Position numbers and translations under genes: made by a program. A stretch of DNA of 64,000 bases from positions 5,447 to 69,446 of the forward strand of contig JAAZVW010000002.1 in the NCBI GenBank assembly GCA_018623135.1, in the 5' to 3' direction. The notes beneath the pieces are model-generated. The model was not told where the DNA came from. It was given only the letters and a program-made list of their open reading frames with translations, and ran no database searches. Of this stretch, positions 51,123-60,355 are shown piece after piece. The stretch is from Pseudomonadota bacterium (GTDB lineage Bacteria; Pseudomonadota; Alphaproteobacteria; UBA1280; JAAZVW01). How positions within the stretch are numbered: the stretch's first letter is position 1; each line of letters opens with the position of its first letter.

Positions 51123-53237
51123 ATGCCAGTAGATATGTCCCAATTCAACGAGACTTTTCTTGAAGAAGCCGTTGAAAATATCTCAGATTTAGAAGCAGGT
51201 TTACTGGAGCTTGAAGCCGGAGACCAAACAGACCTCAACGCCATTTTCAGGGCTGCACACAGCCTTAAAGGTGGTGCCTCTACTTTTGGTTTTTCAGATA
51301 TTGCAGATTTTACCCACGTCCTCGAAACACTTCTAGATAAAGCACGCGATGGTGATATCACCATCACCTCCCCTATTGTGGATGTCCTTTTGCAATCTGT
51401 TGATGTGTTAAACAACCTTGTAGAAGCCGCACGCGGAGATGCCGAGGCGAAAGACTATCAACCCTGCCTTAAAAAGCTAGAAAGCTTCCTCACAGAAGGT
51501 GATGAGCAACAAGAAACACCCCATACCTCACAAACAGCAGAAGCAGAAACTCAAGCCCATGGCCAAGGGCACTGGCATATTACATTTTACCCAAAACCGC
51601 ATTTTCCACTTACAGGTAATGACCCTATTATGCTGCTTAAAGAACTTAAGCTCCTTGGCGAATGCACCATTAAACCGCTTACAGATAAACTTCCTAAGTT
51701 TGATGAGTTAACACCAGAATATTTGTATTTAGGTTTTGATGTTATTTTAGCTTCTGATTGCTCTCAAGATGATATTGATGACGTCTTTATGTTTGTAGAA
51801 GATGATGCTCATATCACCATTAAACATGAAGAAGATGCCCCAACAGAAACAGCTGAAGAAAGAGTAGCAGAAGCAACATCTGCACAAGCATCTACAGCTA
51901 AAGAAGAAGTTTTAGAGGCAGAACCTTTTGAAGATCGCCGACAAGGCGACCGCCGCAGTACAGACCGTCGCCAACAAAATACCACAGCTCAAACCCAAAG
52001 CGGTGGTTCCCTACGCGTAGCAACAGAAAAAGTAGATATGCTTATTGATATGGTCGGCGAACTTGTTACCACAAACGCTATGGTGCTCCAAGCATCAGGA
52101 AGCCTGCAAGAAGAAAGCACCCAAAAGCTCACCAATGCTATTAATGATATGAACCGCCATACCCGCACCCTGCAAGAAGCCATTATGGCCATTCGTATGC
52201 TGCCTATTAGCTTTGCCTTTAACCGATTCCCTCGTATGATCCGTGATACTGCACAAAAACTAGGTAAAAAGGTAGATCTTATTACAGCAGGTGACCAAAC
52301 AGAACTTGATAAAACCGTTATCGAGCGTATTTCCGACCCACTTACACACATTGTCCGCAATGCTGTAGACCATGGTATTGAATCTCCAGAAGATCGCCGT
52401 GCAATTGGCAAGCCAGAAACCGCCACCGTTAAACTTAATGCCTTTTATAAAGGTGGTACTGTTGTTATTGAAGTAAGCGATGATGGCCGTGGACTCGACC
52501 CTGAAAAACTCCTTAAAAAAGCCATCGAAAAAGGTGTTGCCCAACCTCATGAAAACTACTCAAATCAAGATATCTATCACTTTATTTTTGAGCCAGGTTT
52601 TTCTACCGCACAAGAAGTGACCGACGTTTCTGGCCGTGGTGTAGGTATGGATATTGTCATGAAAAACATTAAAGCCCTTGGCGGTAGTGTCGCTATAGAA
52701 ACAGAGCTCGGCAAAGGTTCTACCTTTAGCATTAGCCTGCCACTTACTCTTGCCATTGTCGATGGTATGGCTGTACGTGTCGGCGCACAAACTTATATTA
52801 TTCCACTGCTTAGCATTATCGAATCTCTCTATCCAACAGATGAAATGCTCTATTCCGTAAATAAAGAGGTGCAAGTGCTTAATATACGTGGCACTTATAT
52901 ACCTTTATTACAGCTCGAAAAAGTTTTCCACAACGACAAGAGCAAATCCACCAAGAGCATTAAAGATGGCATTGCCGTTATTGTAGAATCAGAAGATAAA
53001 CAAATCGCTTTGTTTGTAGATGAACTTTTAGGCGAACGCCAAGTCGTTATTAAAAGTGTCGAAAAAAACTATAAGGCGATAGAAGGTATTTCTGGCGCTA
53101 CTATATTAGGTGATGGCACCGTCTCTCTTATTCTTGACTTACCAGGCATTGTGCAAATAGCCAACCGAGAAGGTTTATATAACTACATGCCTACACATAA
53201 AAAACAAACACATGACGCAACCAGCTTAAAAGGATAA
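51123..53237 (+). CDS. cheA: chemotaxis histidine kinase CheA
   Basis: P1 Hpt motif HSLKGGASTFGF. HATPase N and G boxes (HIVRNAVDHGIE, DDGRGLD, GRGVGMD). C-terminal CheW-like domain. Confidence 0.95.
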   Translation: MPVDMSQFNETFLEEAVENISDLEAGLLELEAGDQTDLNAIFRAAHSLKGGASTFGFSDIADFTHVLETLLDKARDGDITITSPIVDVLLQSVDVLNNLVEAARGDAEAKDYQPCLKKLESFLTEGDEQQETPHTSQTAEAETQAHGQGHWHITFYPKPHFPLTGNDPIMLLKELKLLGECTIKPLTDKLPKFDELTPEYLYLGFDVILASDCSQDDIDDVFMFVEDDAHITIKHEEDAPTETAEERVAEATSAQASTAKEEVLEAEPFEDRRQGDRRSTDRRQQNTTAQTQSGGSLRVATEKVDMLIDMVGELVTTNAMVLQASGSLQEESTQKLTNAINDMNRHTRTLQEAIMAIRMLPISFAFNRFPRMIRDTAQKLGKKVDLITAGDQTELDKTVIERISDPLTHIVRNAVDHGIESPEDRRAIGKPETATVKLNAFYKGGTVVIEVSDDGRGLDPEKLLKKAIEKGVAQPHENYSNQDIYHFIFEPGFSTAQEVTDVSGRGVGMDIVMKNIKALGGSVAIETELGKGSTFSISLPLTLAIVDGMAVRVGAQTYIIPLLSIIESLYPTDEMLYSVNKEVQVLNIRGTYIPLLQLEKVFHNDKSKSTKSIKDGIAVIVESEDKQIALFVDELLGERQVVIKSVEKNYKAIEGISGATILGDGTVSLILDLPGIVQIANREGLYNYMPTHKKQTHDATSLKG

Positions 53238-53243
53238 CAAACC

Positions 53244-53765
53244 ATGAAACAAGAGCTGACAACTGTAGAAGCACAACAACTACTCGCAAATGAAACAACA
53301 CAAGCAACCGATAGTGAAAATCAGTACCTCACCTTCCAACTCGGCGAAGAAATTTACGGTATCGAAATTCTTAAAGTGCAAGAAATTAAAGGCTGGGAAG
53401 GTGCAACCCCTCTCCCTAATAGCCCTAAGTATATTCGTGGTATCATGAACTTACGTGGCGCTATTGTACCTATTTTAGATTTGCGCCGACGCTTTAATAT
53501 GGAGGAAGTGGCATTCACCCCATACACCGTTGTGGTGGTTGTACAAGTACGCGGTCGCACTATTGGTATGATTGTGGATTCTGTTTCCGATGTTGTTAAC
53601 TTTAAAGCCGATGCCGTGCGTAACGCCCCCGACTTCGGTACATCTATTGATACTGCCTTTATTCAGGGCCTTATCCCACTAGAAGATGAAATGATCATTC
53701 TTTTGAATATAGATGAAATGCTCAAGCATTCCGAACTTCTACAAATAGATGAATTAACAGAATAA
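53244..53765 (+). CDS. cheW: chemotaxis coupling protein CheW
   Basis: CheW domain pattern (QYLTFQLGEEIYGIEILKVQEI...GIMNLRGAIVPILDLR). Confidence 0.92.
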   Translation: MKQELTTVEAQQLLANETTQATDSENQYLTFQLGEEIYGIEILKVQEIKGWEGATPLPNSPKYIRGIMNLRGAIVPILDLRRRFNMEEVAFTPYTVVVVVQVRGRTIGMIVDSVSDVVNFKADAVRNAPDFGTSIDTAFIQGLIPLEDEMIILLNIDEMLKHSELLQIDELTE

Positions 53766-53809
53766 TCAGCATTATAAGCAGCTATACTATATATAAAAAG
53801 GCATACACA

Positions 53810-54673
53810 ATGACACAAGAATCGCTCGTAAAAAACGAATTTCCATTTTCTGATCAAGACTTTGATCGCATCAGGTCTTTACTGCTAGAACATACTGGTA
53901 TTTCTCTACCAGATAGTAAACGCAATATGATGTACTCTCGCCTTGTTAGAAGGCTGCGTAGCCTACAGCTCGAAAGTTTTGCAAACTATATCAGCCATGT
54001 AGAACAAGAAGTATCAGCTGGCACATCAGCAGAAATGCTGCAGATGATTAATGCCCTTACAACAAATGTTACAAACTTTTTTAGGGAGCACCATCATTTT
54101 GATACTCTTATTATGGAACTGGAAAAACGCATAGAGCAACAGCAAGAAATTCGCATCTGGTCGGCAGGTTGTTCAACGGGGCAAGAACCCTATACCATTG
54201 CCATGGTGGTAGATGCATTTTGTAAACAGCACCCAAATGTTAAGGTATCTATCTTAGCAACAGATCTCGATACAGCCGTTATAGAACAAGCCAAGCAAGG
54301 CGTCTATACTCTTGATAAAATAGAGGTCGAAAAACACCCCTACCTCAGCCAATATATGGAATTTATAGAACCATCAGGGTCAACCATTACCCCAAACGAT
54401 GCCGTCTTCAAAGTAACTGAAAGTCTCAGACCTTATATTTCATTTGATCAAATAAACCTTGTAAAGCATTGGAATCACGTTAAAAAATTTGATTTTATCT
54501 TCTGTCGTAACGTCATGATCTACTTTAATACTGAGACTAAAAACGACTTATGCCGCCGCTACGCAGATACTCTAAATTCACAAGGTTTGCTTTTTATCGG
54601 ACACTCCGAAGCTATTAAAACAACCATACCAAGTTTAGAACCTCTTGGCGGTACAACGTACAGGAAACTTTAA
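53810..54673 (+). CDS. cheR: chemotaxis protein methyltransferase CheR
   Basis: TTNVTNFFRE motif and SAM-binding IWSAGCSTGQEPYT. Confidence 0.93.
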   Translation: MTQESLVKNEFPFSDQDFDRIRSLLLEHTGISLPDSKRNMMYSRLVRRLRSLQLESFANYISHVEQEVSAGTSAEMLQMINALTTNVTNFFREHHHFDTLIMELEKRIEQQQEIRIWSAGCSTGQEPYTIAMVVDAFCKQHPNVKVSILATDLDTAVIEQAKQGVYTLDKIEVEKHPYLSQYMEFIEPSGSTITPNDAVFKVTESLRPYISFDQINLVKHWNHVKKFDFIFCRNVMIYFNTETKNDLCRRYADTLNSQGLLFIGHSEAIKTTIPSLEPLGGTTYRKL

Positions 54674-55290
54674 TGGATTCTTTAAAAAAAGAGCTACAAC
54701 CCGAAAGCTCAAAAAGTTATTTAGATCCAGAAACCAAACTCCCGACAACAAAAATTCTGCCGGGTGAGTTTCATATTGCCAATGGTGAAGAAATGATTGT
54801 CACCACACTTGGTTCCTGTATTTGTGCCTGCATCCGCGATAAAGAACTCGGTATCGGTGGCATGAATCATTTTATGCTCCCTCACGAAAAATCAAGCCAT
54901 CATATAGACCGTAAAGCCACGGCTTATGGACAATATGCAATGGAGCACCTCATTAATGAAATTCTTAAGAAAAACCAATACAACCGTAAAAACCTAGAAG
55001 CCAAAATTTTTGGTGGCGGTGCGGTAGTTGATTCTAACATCAGTGTAGGCGATGAAAATATACGTTTTGTAAAAACCTACTTAAAGCTAGAGGGCATTCC
55101 TATTTTAGCTGAAGATTTAGGAGAAGATGTAGCACGTAAAATTTACTTCCAACCTGCAACAGGTAAAGTAACATGCAAGCGCTTCCAAGCAATGAACAAC
55201 CGCATGATTGAAGAACGAGAAAAAGCTTATCTAGAAAACATTGAACAACGCATAGAAACAGAAGACACAGAAGTGGAGCTATTTTCATGA
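54673..55290 (+). CDS. cheD: chemoreceptor glutamine deamidase CheD
   Basis: CheD catalytic region TTLGSCICACI, with start overlap TAATG with cheR. Confidence 0.88.
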   Translation: MDSLKKELQPESSKSYLDPETKLPTTKILPGEFHIANGEEMIVTTLGSCICACIRDKELGIGGMNHFMLPHEKSSHHIDRKATAYGQYAMEHLINEILKKNQYNRKNLEAKIFGGGAVVDSNISVGDENIRFVKTYLKLEGIPILAEDLGEDVARKIYFQPATGKVTCKRFQAMNNRMIEEREKAYLENIEQRIETEDTEVELFS

Positions 55291-56465
55291 AAACGAAACG
55301 AGATATAAAAGTTTTAATTATTGATGATTCTGTCAGCATTCGTATTATGCTCGAAAATATTTTATCTAAAGGTAAAAACCTTGTTGTTGTTGGCTCTGCT
55401 AGTGACCCTGTAGAAGCAGATGAAATGATTAAAGCTTATAAACCCGATATTGTTACGCTTGATGTTGAAATGCCTCATATGGATGGTGTGACATATCTTA
55501 AAAAACTTCGTACAGAAATGAAGCTTAATGATATGGCTGTGGTAATGATTTCTACCCTCACTCAAAAAGGCTCAAATATTGCCATGAAATGTTATGAGTT
55601 AGGTGCTGTCGAAGTTGTCGGCAAACCTTCTTCCAAAGGTTCGAGCTTAACTCAAATATCAGAAGAAATTTTAACAAAAGTCTATGCAGCTGCCTCTTCT
55701 TTAGGACTAGAAACAGAAAACATACGTAGTTTAGATGAAGTTGTAGAAACACAACAAGGTTCAGATATTGCAATTGAGCTTTCACCAAACCATTCTGTCG
55801 ATACAATTTTACCACTTAAAAAAATAAATCATTCCATGGCAGATAAACCTATTATTGCCATAGGCTCTTCTACAGGTGGGCCGCAAGCTCTTTCAACTTT
55901 ATTTGAAAACCTAACAAGTACAATGCCCCCTATTTTAATTGCACAACATATGCCACCGCAATTTACAACCTCTCTAGCAAAACGTTTGGATGATCTTTCA
56001 AATGTCACAGTTGTAGAGGTAAAAGACAAAGTGGAGCTTCAACAGGGTTATGCTTATATTAGCGCTGGCGATAAACATTTAACCGTTATTAAATCACGTG
56101 ATACTTACTATGCACGGGCAATTGACGGACATCGTATTAACAGACATATACCCTCTGTAGATGTTTTATTTAGGTCTGTGCTTAATGAATTTGGCCCAAA
56201 TGCTATTGCTGTTATGCTAACTGGTATGGGCGATGATGGTACTAAGTGTATGAAGGAATTACATGATGCTGGCGCCTTTACAATTGCAGAAGATGCCTCC
56301 ACATGTACCGTATTTGGCATGCCTCGTGTAGCCATAGAAATAGGAGCTGTAAACGAAGTTGTTGCACTACCTAAAATAGCTGATAAACTAAAACAAAAAA
56401 TAGAAGGAAGTAAACCATGGCACAAATTGACACATCAACATCAGGCGTTCACACAATCATTCTAG
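55287..56465 (+). CDS. cheB: chemotaxis methylesterase/deamidase CheB
   Basis: N-terminal receiver domain plus a methylesterase domain (IGSSTGGPQAL, LTGMGDDG). Confidence 0.93.
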   Translation: MKTKRDIKVLIIDDSVSIRIMLENILSKGKNLVVVGSASDPVEADEMIKAYKPDIVTLDVEMPHMDGVTYLKKLRTEMKLNDMAVVMISTLTQKGSNIAMKCYELGAVEVVGKPSSKGSSLTQISEEILTKVYAAASSLGLETENIRSLDEVVETQQGSDIAIELSPNHSVDTILPLKKINHSMADKPIIAIGSSTGGPQALSTLFENLTSTMPPILIAQHMPPQFTTSLAKRLDDLSNVTVVEVKDKVELQQGYAYISAGDKHLTVIKSRDTYYARAIDGHRINRHIPSVDVLFRSVLNEFGPNAIAVMLTGMGDDGTKCMKELHDAGAFTIAEDASTCTVFGMPRVAIEIGAVNEVVALPKIADKLKQKIEGSKPWHKLTHQHQAFTQSF

Positions 56466-56719
56466 ATGAGTCTTTTGACTTTGAAAATCACCGTGAATTC
56501 CGTGAATTTTGGAAAAATGCTCTTTCTCAAAAAGTGAAAAAAATTGTTGTTGATTTTACACACGTAAAATATATCGACTCTTCAGCATTAGGCATGCTTA
56601 TGCTTGTTAAAAATGAAGTTGAAGGTGTGGATTGTAAAATCGAACTTACAAATGTAAGCGGGCATGCACGTAACATTCTGCAACTTGTAAAATTTGATAG
56701 TAAATTTGATCTAAAATAA
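56417..56719 (+). CDS. STAS-domain anti-sigma-factor antagonist (RsbV/SpoIIAA-like)
   Basis: Canonical phosphorylatable-Ser loop YIDSSALGML. A GAAGGAAG RBS sits 6 nt upstream. Overlaps the cheB 3' end by 49 nt. Confidence 0.82.
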   Translation: MAQIDTSTSGVHTIILDESFDFENHREFREFWKNALSQKVKKIVVDFTHVKYIDSSALGMLMLVKNEVEGVDCKIELTNVSGHARNILQLVKFDSKFDLK

Positions 56720-56735
56720 ATTTTATTCAAAGCAG

Positions 56736-57464
56736 ATGTCCATACATATACATTCTGGTCAGCAGCTGATTCAGGGGGATAAACAGAAACAAATTATAGA
56801 GCGTATTCAACAAAGGATAGGCTCCTTTCAGGATGATTTAATCATTATTTTTGAAAACCTGATTCCCCCACCTAAATCAACGATTTCTGCGCAACTCAAT
56901 AAAGAAGCGCAAGTGTATGTATTAAGTTCAGATATTGAAGATAGTTTTGAAAAGCTTAATATGCTTAGCCTCCCTGAAGGGCATATTATTACTATTTTAA
57001 GTGATTCTTGTTTGCTTTATTACCTTTCTTTACCAAAAGTATTAAGTGAATTTTTACAAGAACATCATATCGATTCTGAAAGCGCTGTCATGTACTTAAG
57101 GCTTTTGCTAGATGAGGCTATTAAAAACGCTATAGAGCATGGCAACTTAGATTTATCTATTGTTAAAGATGGTTTTATAGAAGGCTCTGAAGATTTTGAA
57201 GATTACTTGGCAATTATACAAGACCGCCTCATGGACCCTAGATGGGGCAAAAAAAAGGTTATCTTACAAATACACCAAGAAAATGATAAACTTATATGCT
57301 GTATAGAAGATGAAGGTTTAGGTTTTGATTGGGAGGATGTTCTCCAAAAATCTGAATCTGTACATCACGGTCGTGGTTTAAAACTTGTCCAGCAAATTGC
57401 CGAAGACATTAAGTTTGAAAATAATGGTCGTAAACATTCCTTTAGCATAAAACTATCCAATTAG
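56736..57464 (+). CDS. RsbW/SpoIIAB-like serine kinase (HATPase_c) with a roughly 110-aa N-terminal extension
   Basis: N-box EAIKNAIEHGN, G1 EDEGLGF and G2 GRGLKL, all in the C-terminal half. Confidence 0.72.
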   Translation: MSIHIHSGQQLIQGDKQKQIIERIQQRIGSFQDDLIIIFENLIPPPKSTISAQLNKEAQVYVLSSDIEDSFEKLNMLSLPEGHIITILSDSCLLYYLSLPKVLSEFLQEHHIDSESAVMYLRLLLDEAIKNAIEHGNLDLSIVKDGFIEGSEDFEDYLAIIQDRLMDPRWGKKKVILQIHQENDKLICCIEDEGLGFDWEDVLQKSESVHHGRGLKLVQQIAEDIKFENNGRKHSFSIKLSN

Positions 57465-57476
57465 GAGATAAGAAGA

Positions 57477-58640
57477 ATGATCGCTTTTGATGGTGATGTT
57501 AAATATAACAGCAAAATTCTTATTGTGGATGACCAAAAAGTCAACCGCGAGCTTTCTAAATTCTTCCTAAAAAATGCTGGCTATCAAAAATTTGCCGAAG
57601 CTTCTAATGGTGTTGAAGCGCTGAATAAAGTCAGCGAATTTAAGCCTGATATTATTCTGTTAGATATTCTTATGCCCGAAATGAATGGCTTTGATGTTTG
57701 CGAAAAATTAAAAAGCGACCCCGAAACAGCCTCTATACCTATCATTTTTCTTTCGAGCCTTTCTGATTTAGAAAACAGAACCAAAGGCTACCGCCTAGGT
57801 GCTGTAGATTATGTAAACAAACCTATTGACCAATATGAAATGACCGCCCGTGTTGATGTGCATTTACTCAATGGCGTCTATTTAAAACAATTAAGCGAGT
57901 ACCACAACCGTGTTTCTGATGAATTAAACCGAGCACGACGCTTGCAGCAAGACTTACTTCCCTCTTCTCAACAGCTTATTGATTTAAAAACATCTTCTGG
58001 TATTACCATTGATCAGTTATACCGTGCATCTCAAGAACTTGCAGGTGATTACTGGAATATTTACCCATTAAAAGATGGAAAATACGCATTTGTCATTATG
58101 GATTTTACAGGCCATGGAGTTGTTGCAGCCCTTAACACGGTGCGCGCGCATAGCTTATTTTTAGAAATGGAAGATATTTTAGATAAACCAGAAGAACTTG
58201 TTAAAAGGCTTAATGACCGTTTGCATCTACAACTTCCTGCTGGCACCTTTGCCACACTTGTTTATGCAGTACTAGACCCTGAAGAAGATAGTTTTACCTA
58301 CATTGGCTGCGGGCACCCTGCTTTTGCTCATTGTACAGAAAAAGGTATTCAGATGGTGGATTGCTCAGGCTTCCCTGTCGGTTTAGGGGATAGCTCCGAC
58401 TTACAGCTTACTGAAAAAACAATTAAGCTTTCTAAGGGAGATCAAATATTTTTCTATTCAGATGCACTGATTGAAACAGAACATGAAGACGGGACAATGT
58501 GGCTAGATCAAGACCTATCTCTGCTCATTAAAGACGCATTGGCACAGCCTGCGCCACTTATTCCATCTTTATTAAGTAAATTCAAAGAAACCTCTAAAGA
58601 AATTAAAGATGACCTTACAATGGTCAACATCACCTACTAA
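57477..58640 (+). CDS. response regulator with a PP2C/SpoIIE-type phosphatase output (RsbU-like)
   Basis: Receiver domain (VDDQ...DILMPEMNG...KP) followed by SpoIIE motifs (LAGDYWNIY, VIMDFTGHGVVAAL, DDLTMV). Confidence 0.88.
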   Translation: MIAFDGDVKYNSKILIVDDQKVNRELSKFFLKNAGYQKFAEASNGVEALNKVSEFKPDIILLDILMPEMNGFDVCEKLKSDPETASIPIIFLSSLSDLENRTKGYRLGAVDYVNKPIDQYEMTARVDVHLLNGVYLKQLSEYHNRVSDELNRARRLQQDLLPSSQQLIDLKTSSGITIDQLYRASQELAGDYWNIYPLKDGKYAFVIMDFTGHGVVAALNTVRAHSLFLEMEDILDKPEELVKRLNDRLHLQLPAGTFATLVYAVLDPEEDSFTYIGCGHPAFAHCTEKGIQMVDCSGFPVGLGDSSDLQLTEKTIKLSKGDQIFFYSDALIETEHEDGTMWLDQDLSLLIKDALAQPAPLIPSLLSKFKETSKEIKDDLTMVNITY

Positions 58641-58660
58641 GATACAAATGCCATAAAAAA

Positions 58661-58766
58661 GCCGCCGGCTTGTTGTTATTATTACCGGCGGTCGAGTTGT
58701 GAAACGGTATCCCGGCCTAACATGGCCGAGGAAAATTGCTTTTCAGTGAACTCGACCGCCGGTAAT
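58661..58766. repeat. GC-rich nested inverted-repeat element (candidate structured RNA or miniature palindromic element)
   Basis: An 18-bp perfect inverted repeat attaccggcggtcgagtt (58681-58698) / aactcgaccgccggtaat (58749-58766) encloses a second hairpin (cccggcc..ggccgagg). A third copy of ccgccgg lies at 58662-58668. Confidence 0.6.
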
Positions 58767-58840
58767 TAAGGGTAATTTATATATGTGAATGATTTACCTA
58801 AAAAACAACTGATGTATTTTTGCAACTTTCTATACAGCAT

Positions 58841-58873
58841 CAAAAAGCCACTCTTTAAAGTGGCTTTTTTTAA
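58841..58873. terminator. bidirectional rho-independent terminator (che operon / mpl)
   Basis: Stem agccact/agtggct (58846-58852 / 58859-58865), flanked by an A5 run and a T7 run. Confidence 0.8.
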
Positions 58874-58886
58874 AATCATAAGTCTT

Positions 58887-60266
58887 TTATTTTTTCTCTA
58901 GTGCTTCAACAAGTTTTTGATGCACATTACCAAAGGCACCGTTAGACATGCAAATAATGTGGTCTCCGGCATGAGATTGCTGAGAAAGCGCCGTAACCAT
59001 TTCATCTATTTGTTCAAAACAGAGCGCTTTATCGCCAATTTGCTCTGCAACTTCGCTTACATGCCAACTAATATTAGGCGGTTGAAACAAAAATACTTTA
59101 TCTGCGTATTTTAAAGATTCTGGTAACTGCGCCTTCATTGTGCCCATCTTCATCGTATTGGACCTTGGCTCTAACACAGCAATAATACGCTCTTGTTTTA
59201 CAGTTTTGCGTAATCCATCTAACGTGGTTTCAATAGCGGTAGGATGGTGGGCAAAGTCATCATACACACGCACATTATTTACTTCACCTTTAAGTTCCAT
59301 ACGGCATTTTACATTAGCAAAAGTATTTAACGCCGTGCAGGCTTGCGCCAAATCTAAACCTAATTGTTCGGCCGTACCAATCGCCATAAGTGCATTACGC
59401 ACATTGTGTTCACCTAATAACTGCCAATTGACTTCACCAACAGTAGCCCCTTTAAAAAGTACTTTAAACTGGCTGCCATTTTCTTTTAGTAACTCTGCTG
59501 TAAAATCGGCTTGTTCATTCTGTACGCCTGTGGTCATACATTCAGACCAACAACCCATATCAAGCGTATCTTTAATATTTTGATCTATGCTTGGATATAA
59601 AATACGCCCCTTACCCGGCACGGTTCGCACCGTATGATGAAATTGTTTTTGAATATCTGCCAAGCTTGCAAAAATATCTGCATGATCAAATTCAAGGTTA
59701 TTAATAACAAAAGTTTTAGGGTTGTAATGCACCATTTTTGAGCGTTTATCAAAAAATGCCGTATCGTACTCATCCGCTTCTACAACAAAAGTTTCACCTT
59801 TACCGCAACGTGCAGAAATACCAAAATTATTAGGCACGCCACCAACTAAAAAGCCTGGTTGTTGTCCTAATTCTTCTAGCATCCAAGCAATCATGGCCGT
59901 TGTTGTTGTTTTACCATGTGTGCCCGATACCGCCACAACATGCTTATGTTTAAGTACAGCTTCAGACAACCACTGCGGGCCAGAAGCATAAGGAATTTTG
60001 CTATTAAGTACATATTCCACCGCCTCATTACCACGAGAAAGCGCATTACCAATAACAACAACATCTGGTTTTATTGCTTCAATATCAGCTGCTTTATAGC
60101 CTTCATAAAGCTTAATGCCCTGCTCTTCTAGTTGTGTGCTCATCGGCGGGAAACAATTTTGGTCCGAACCTGTTACAGTAAACCCAAATTCTTTAGCAAT
60201 AACAGCTACGCCACCCATAAATTTGCCACAAATACCAAGTATATGTACGTGCATTTTTTTATCCAT
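58887..60266 (-). CDS. mpl: UDP-N-acetylmuramate:L-alanyl-gamma-D-glutamyl-meso-diaminopimelate ligase
   Basis: Mur-ligase P-loop GTHGKTTTT and an Mpl-type N-terminus HILGICGKFMGG. The start may be the internal MHVHILG at 60254. Confidence 0.82.
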   Translation of the reverse strand: MDKKMHVHILGICGKFMGGVAVIAKEFGFTVTGSDQNCFPPMSTQLEEQGIKLYEGYKAADIEAIKPDVVVIGNALSRGNEAVEYVLNSKIPYASGPQWLSEAVLKHKHVVAVSGTHGKTTTTAMIAWMLEELGQQPGFLVGGVPNNFGISARCGKGETFVVEADEYDTAFFDKRSKMVHYNPKTFVINNLEFDHADIFASLADIQKQFHHTVRTVPGKGRILYPSIDQNIKDTLDMGCWSECMTTGVQNEQADFTAELLKENGSQFKVLFKGATVGEVNWQLLGEHNVRNALMAIGTAEQLGLDLAQACTALNTFANVKCRMELKGEVNNVRVYDDFAHHPTAIETTLDGLRKTVKQERIIAVLEPRSNTMKMGTMKAQLPESLKYADKVFLFQPPNISWHVSEVAEQIGDKALCFEQIDEMVTALSQQSHAGDHIICMSNGAFGNVHQKLVEALEKK

Positions 60267-60355
60267 TCGTTGTTGTCTTAATTAAAAAAGATCCCGTTTA
60301 CACTATCATAAACGAGACCTTTTCTTAAGTAGAATTAAAGATTAATTTTTAATCT

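Noticed and set aside
51989-52426. Long antisense ORFs inside cheA. Similar ORFs lie inside the nifS-like gene (21012-21440), the corC-like gene (35537-36016), mpl (59140-59583), the MCP gene (50333-50671) and cheB (56108-56425).
   Set aside because: Each lies fully within a gene that has strong family motifs on the other strand. They have low-complexity Ser/Arg/Cys-rich composition and no RBS.
58661-58766. Whether the GC-rich palindrome is an SRP (4.5S) RNA, a tRNA or a known riboswitch
   Set aside because: It lacks the SRP domain IV motifs (the GGAA tetraloop with flanking AGCA / GGUCC-type loops), has no tRNA T-loop (GGTTCGAATCC), and matches no riboswitch core that I recognise. It is kept as an unclassified structured element instead.
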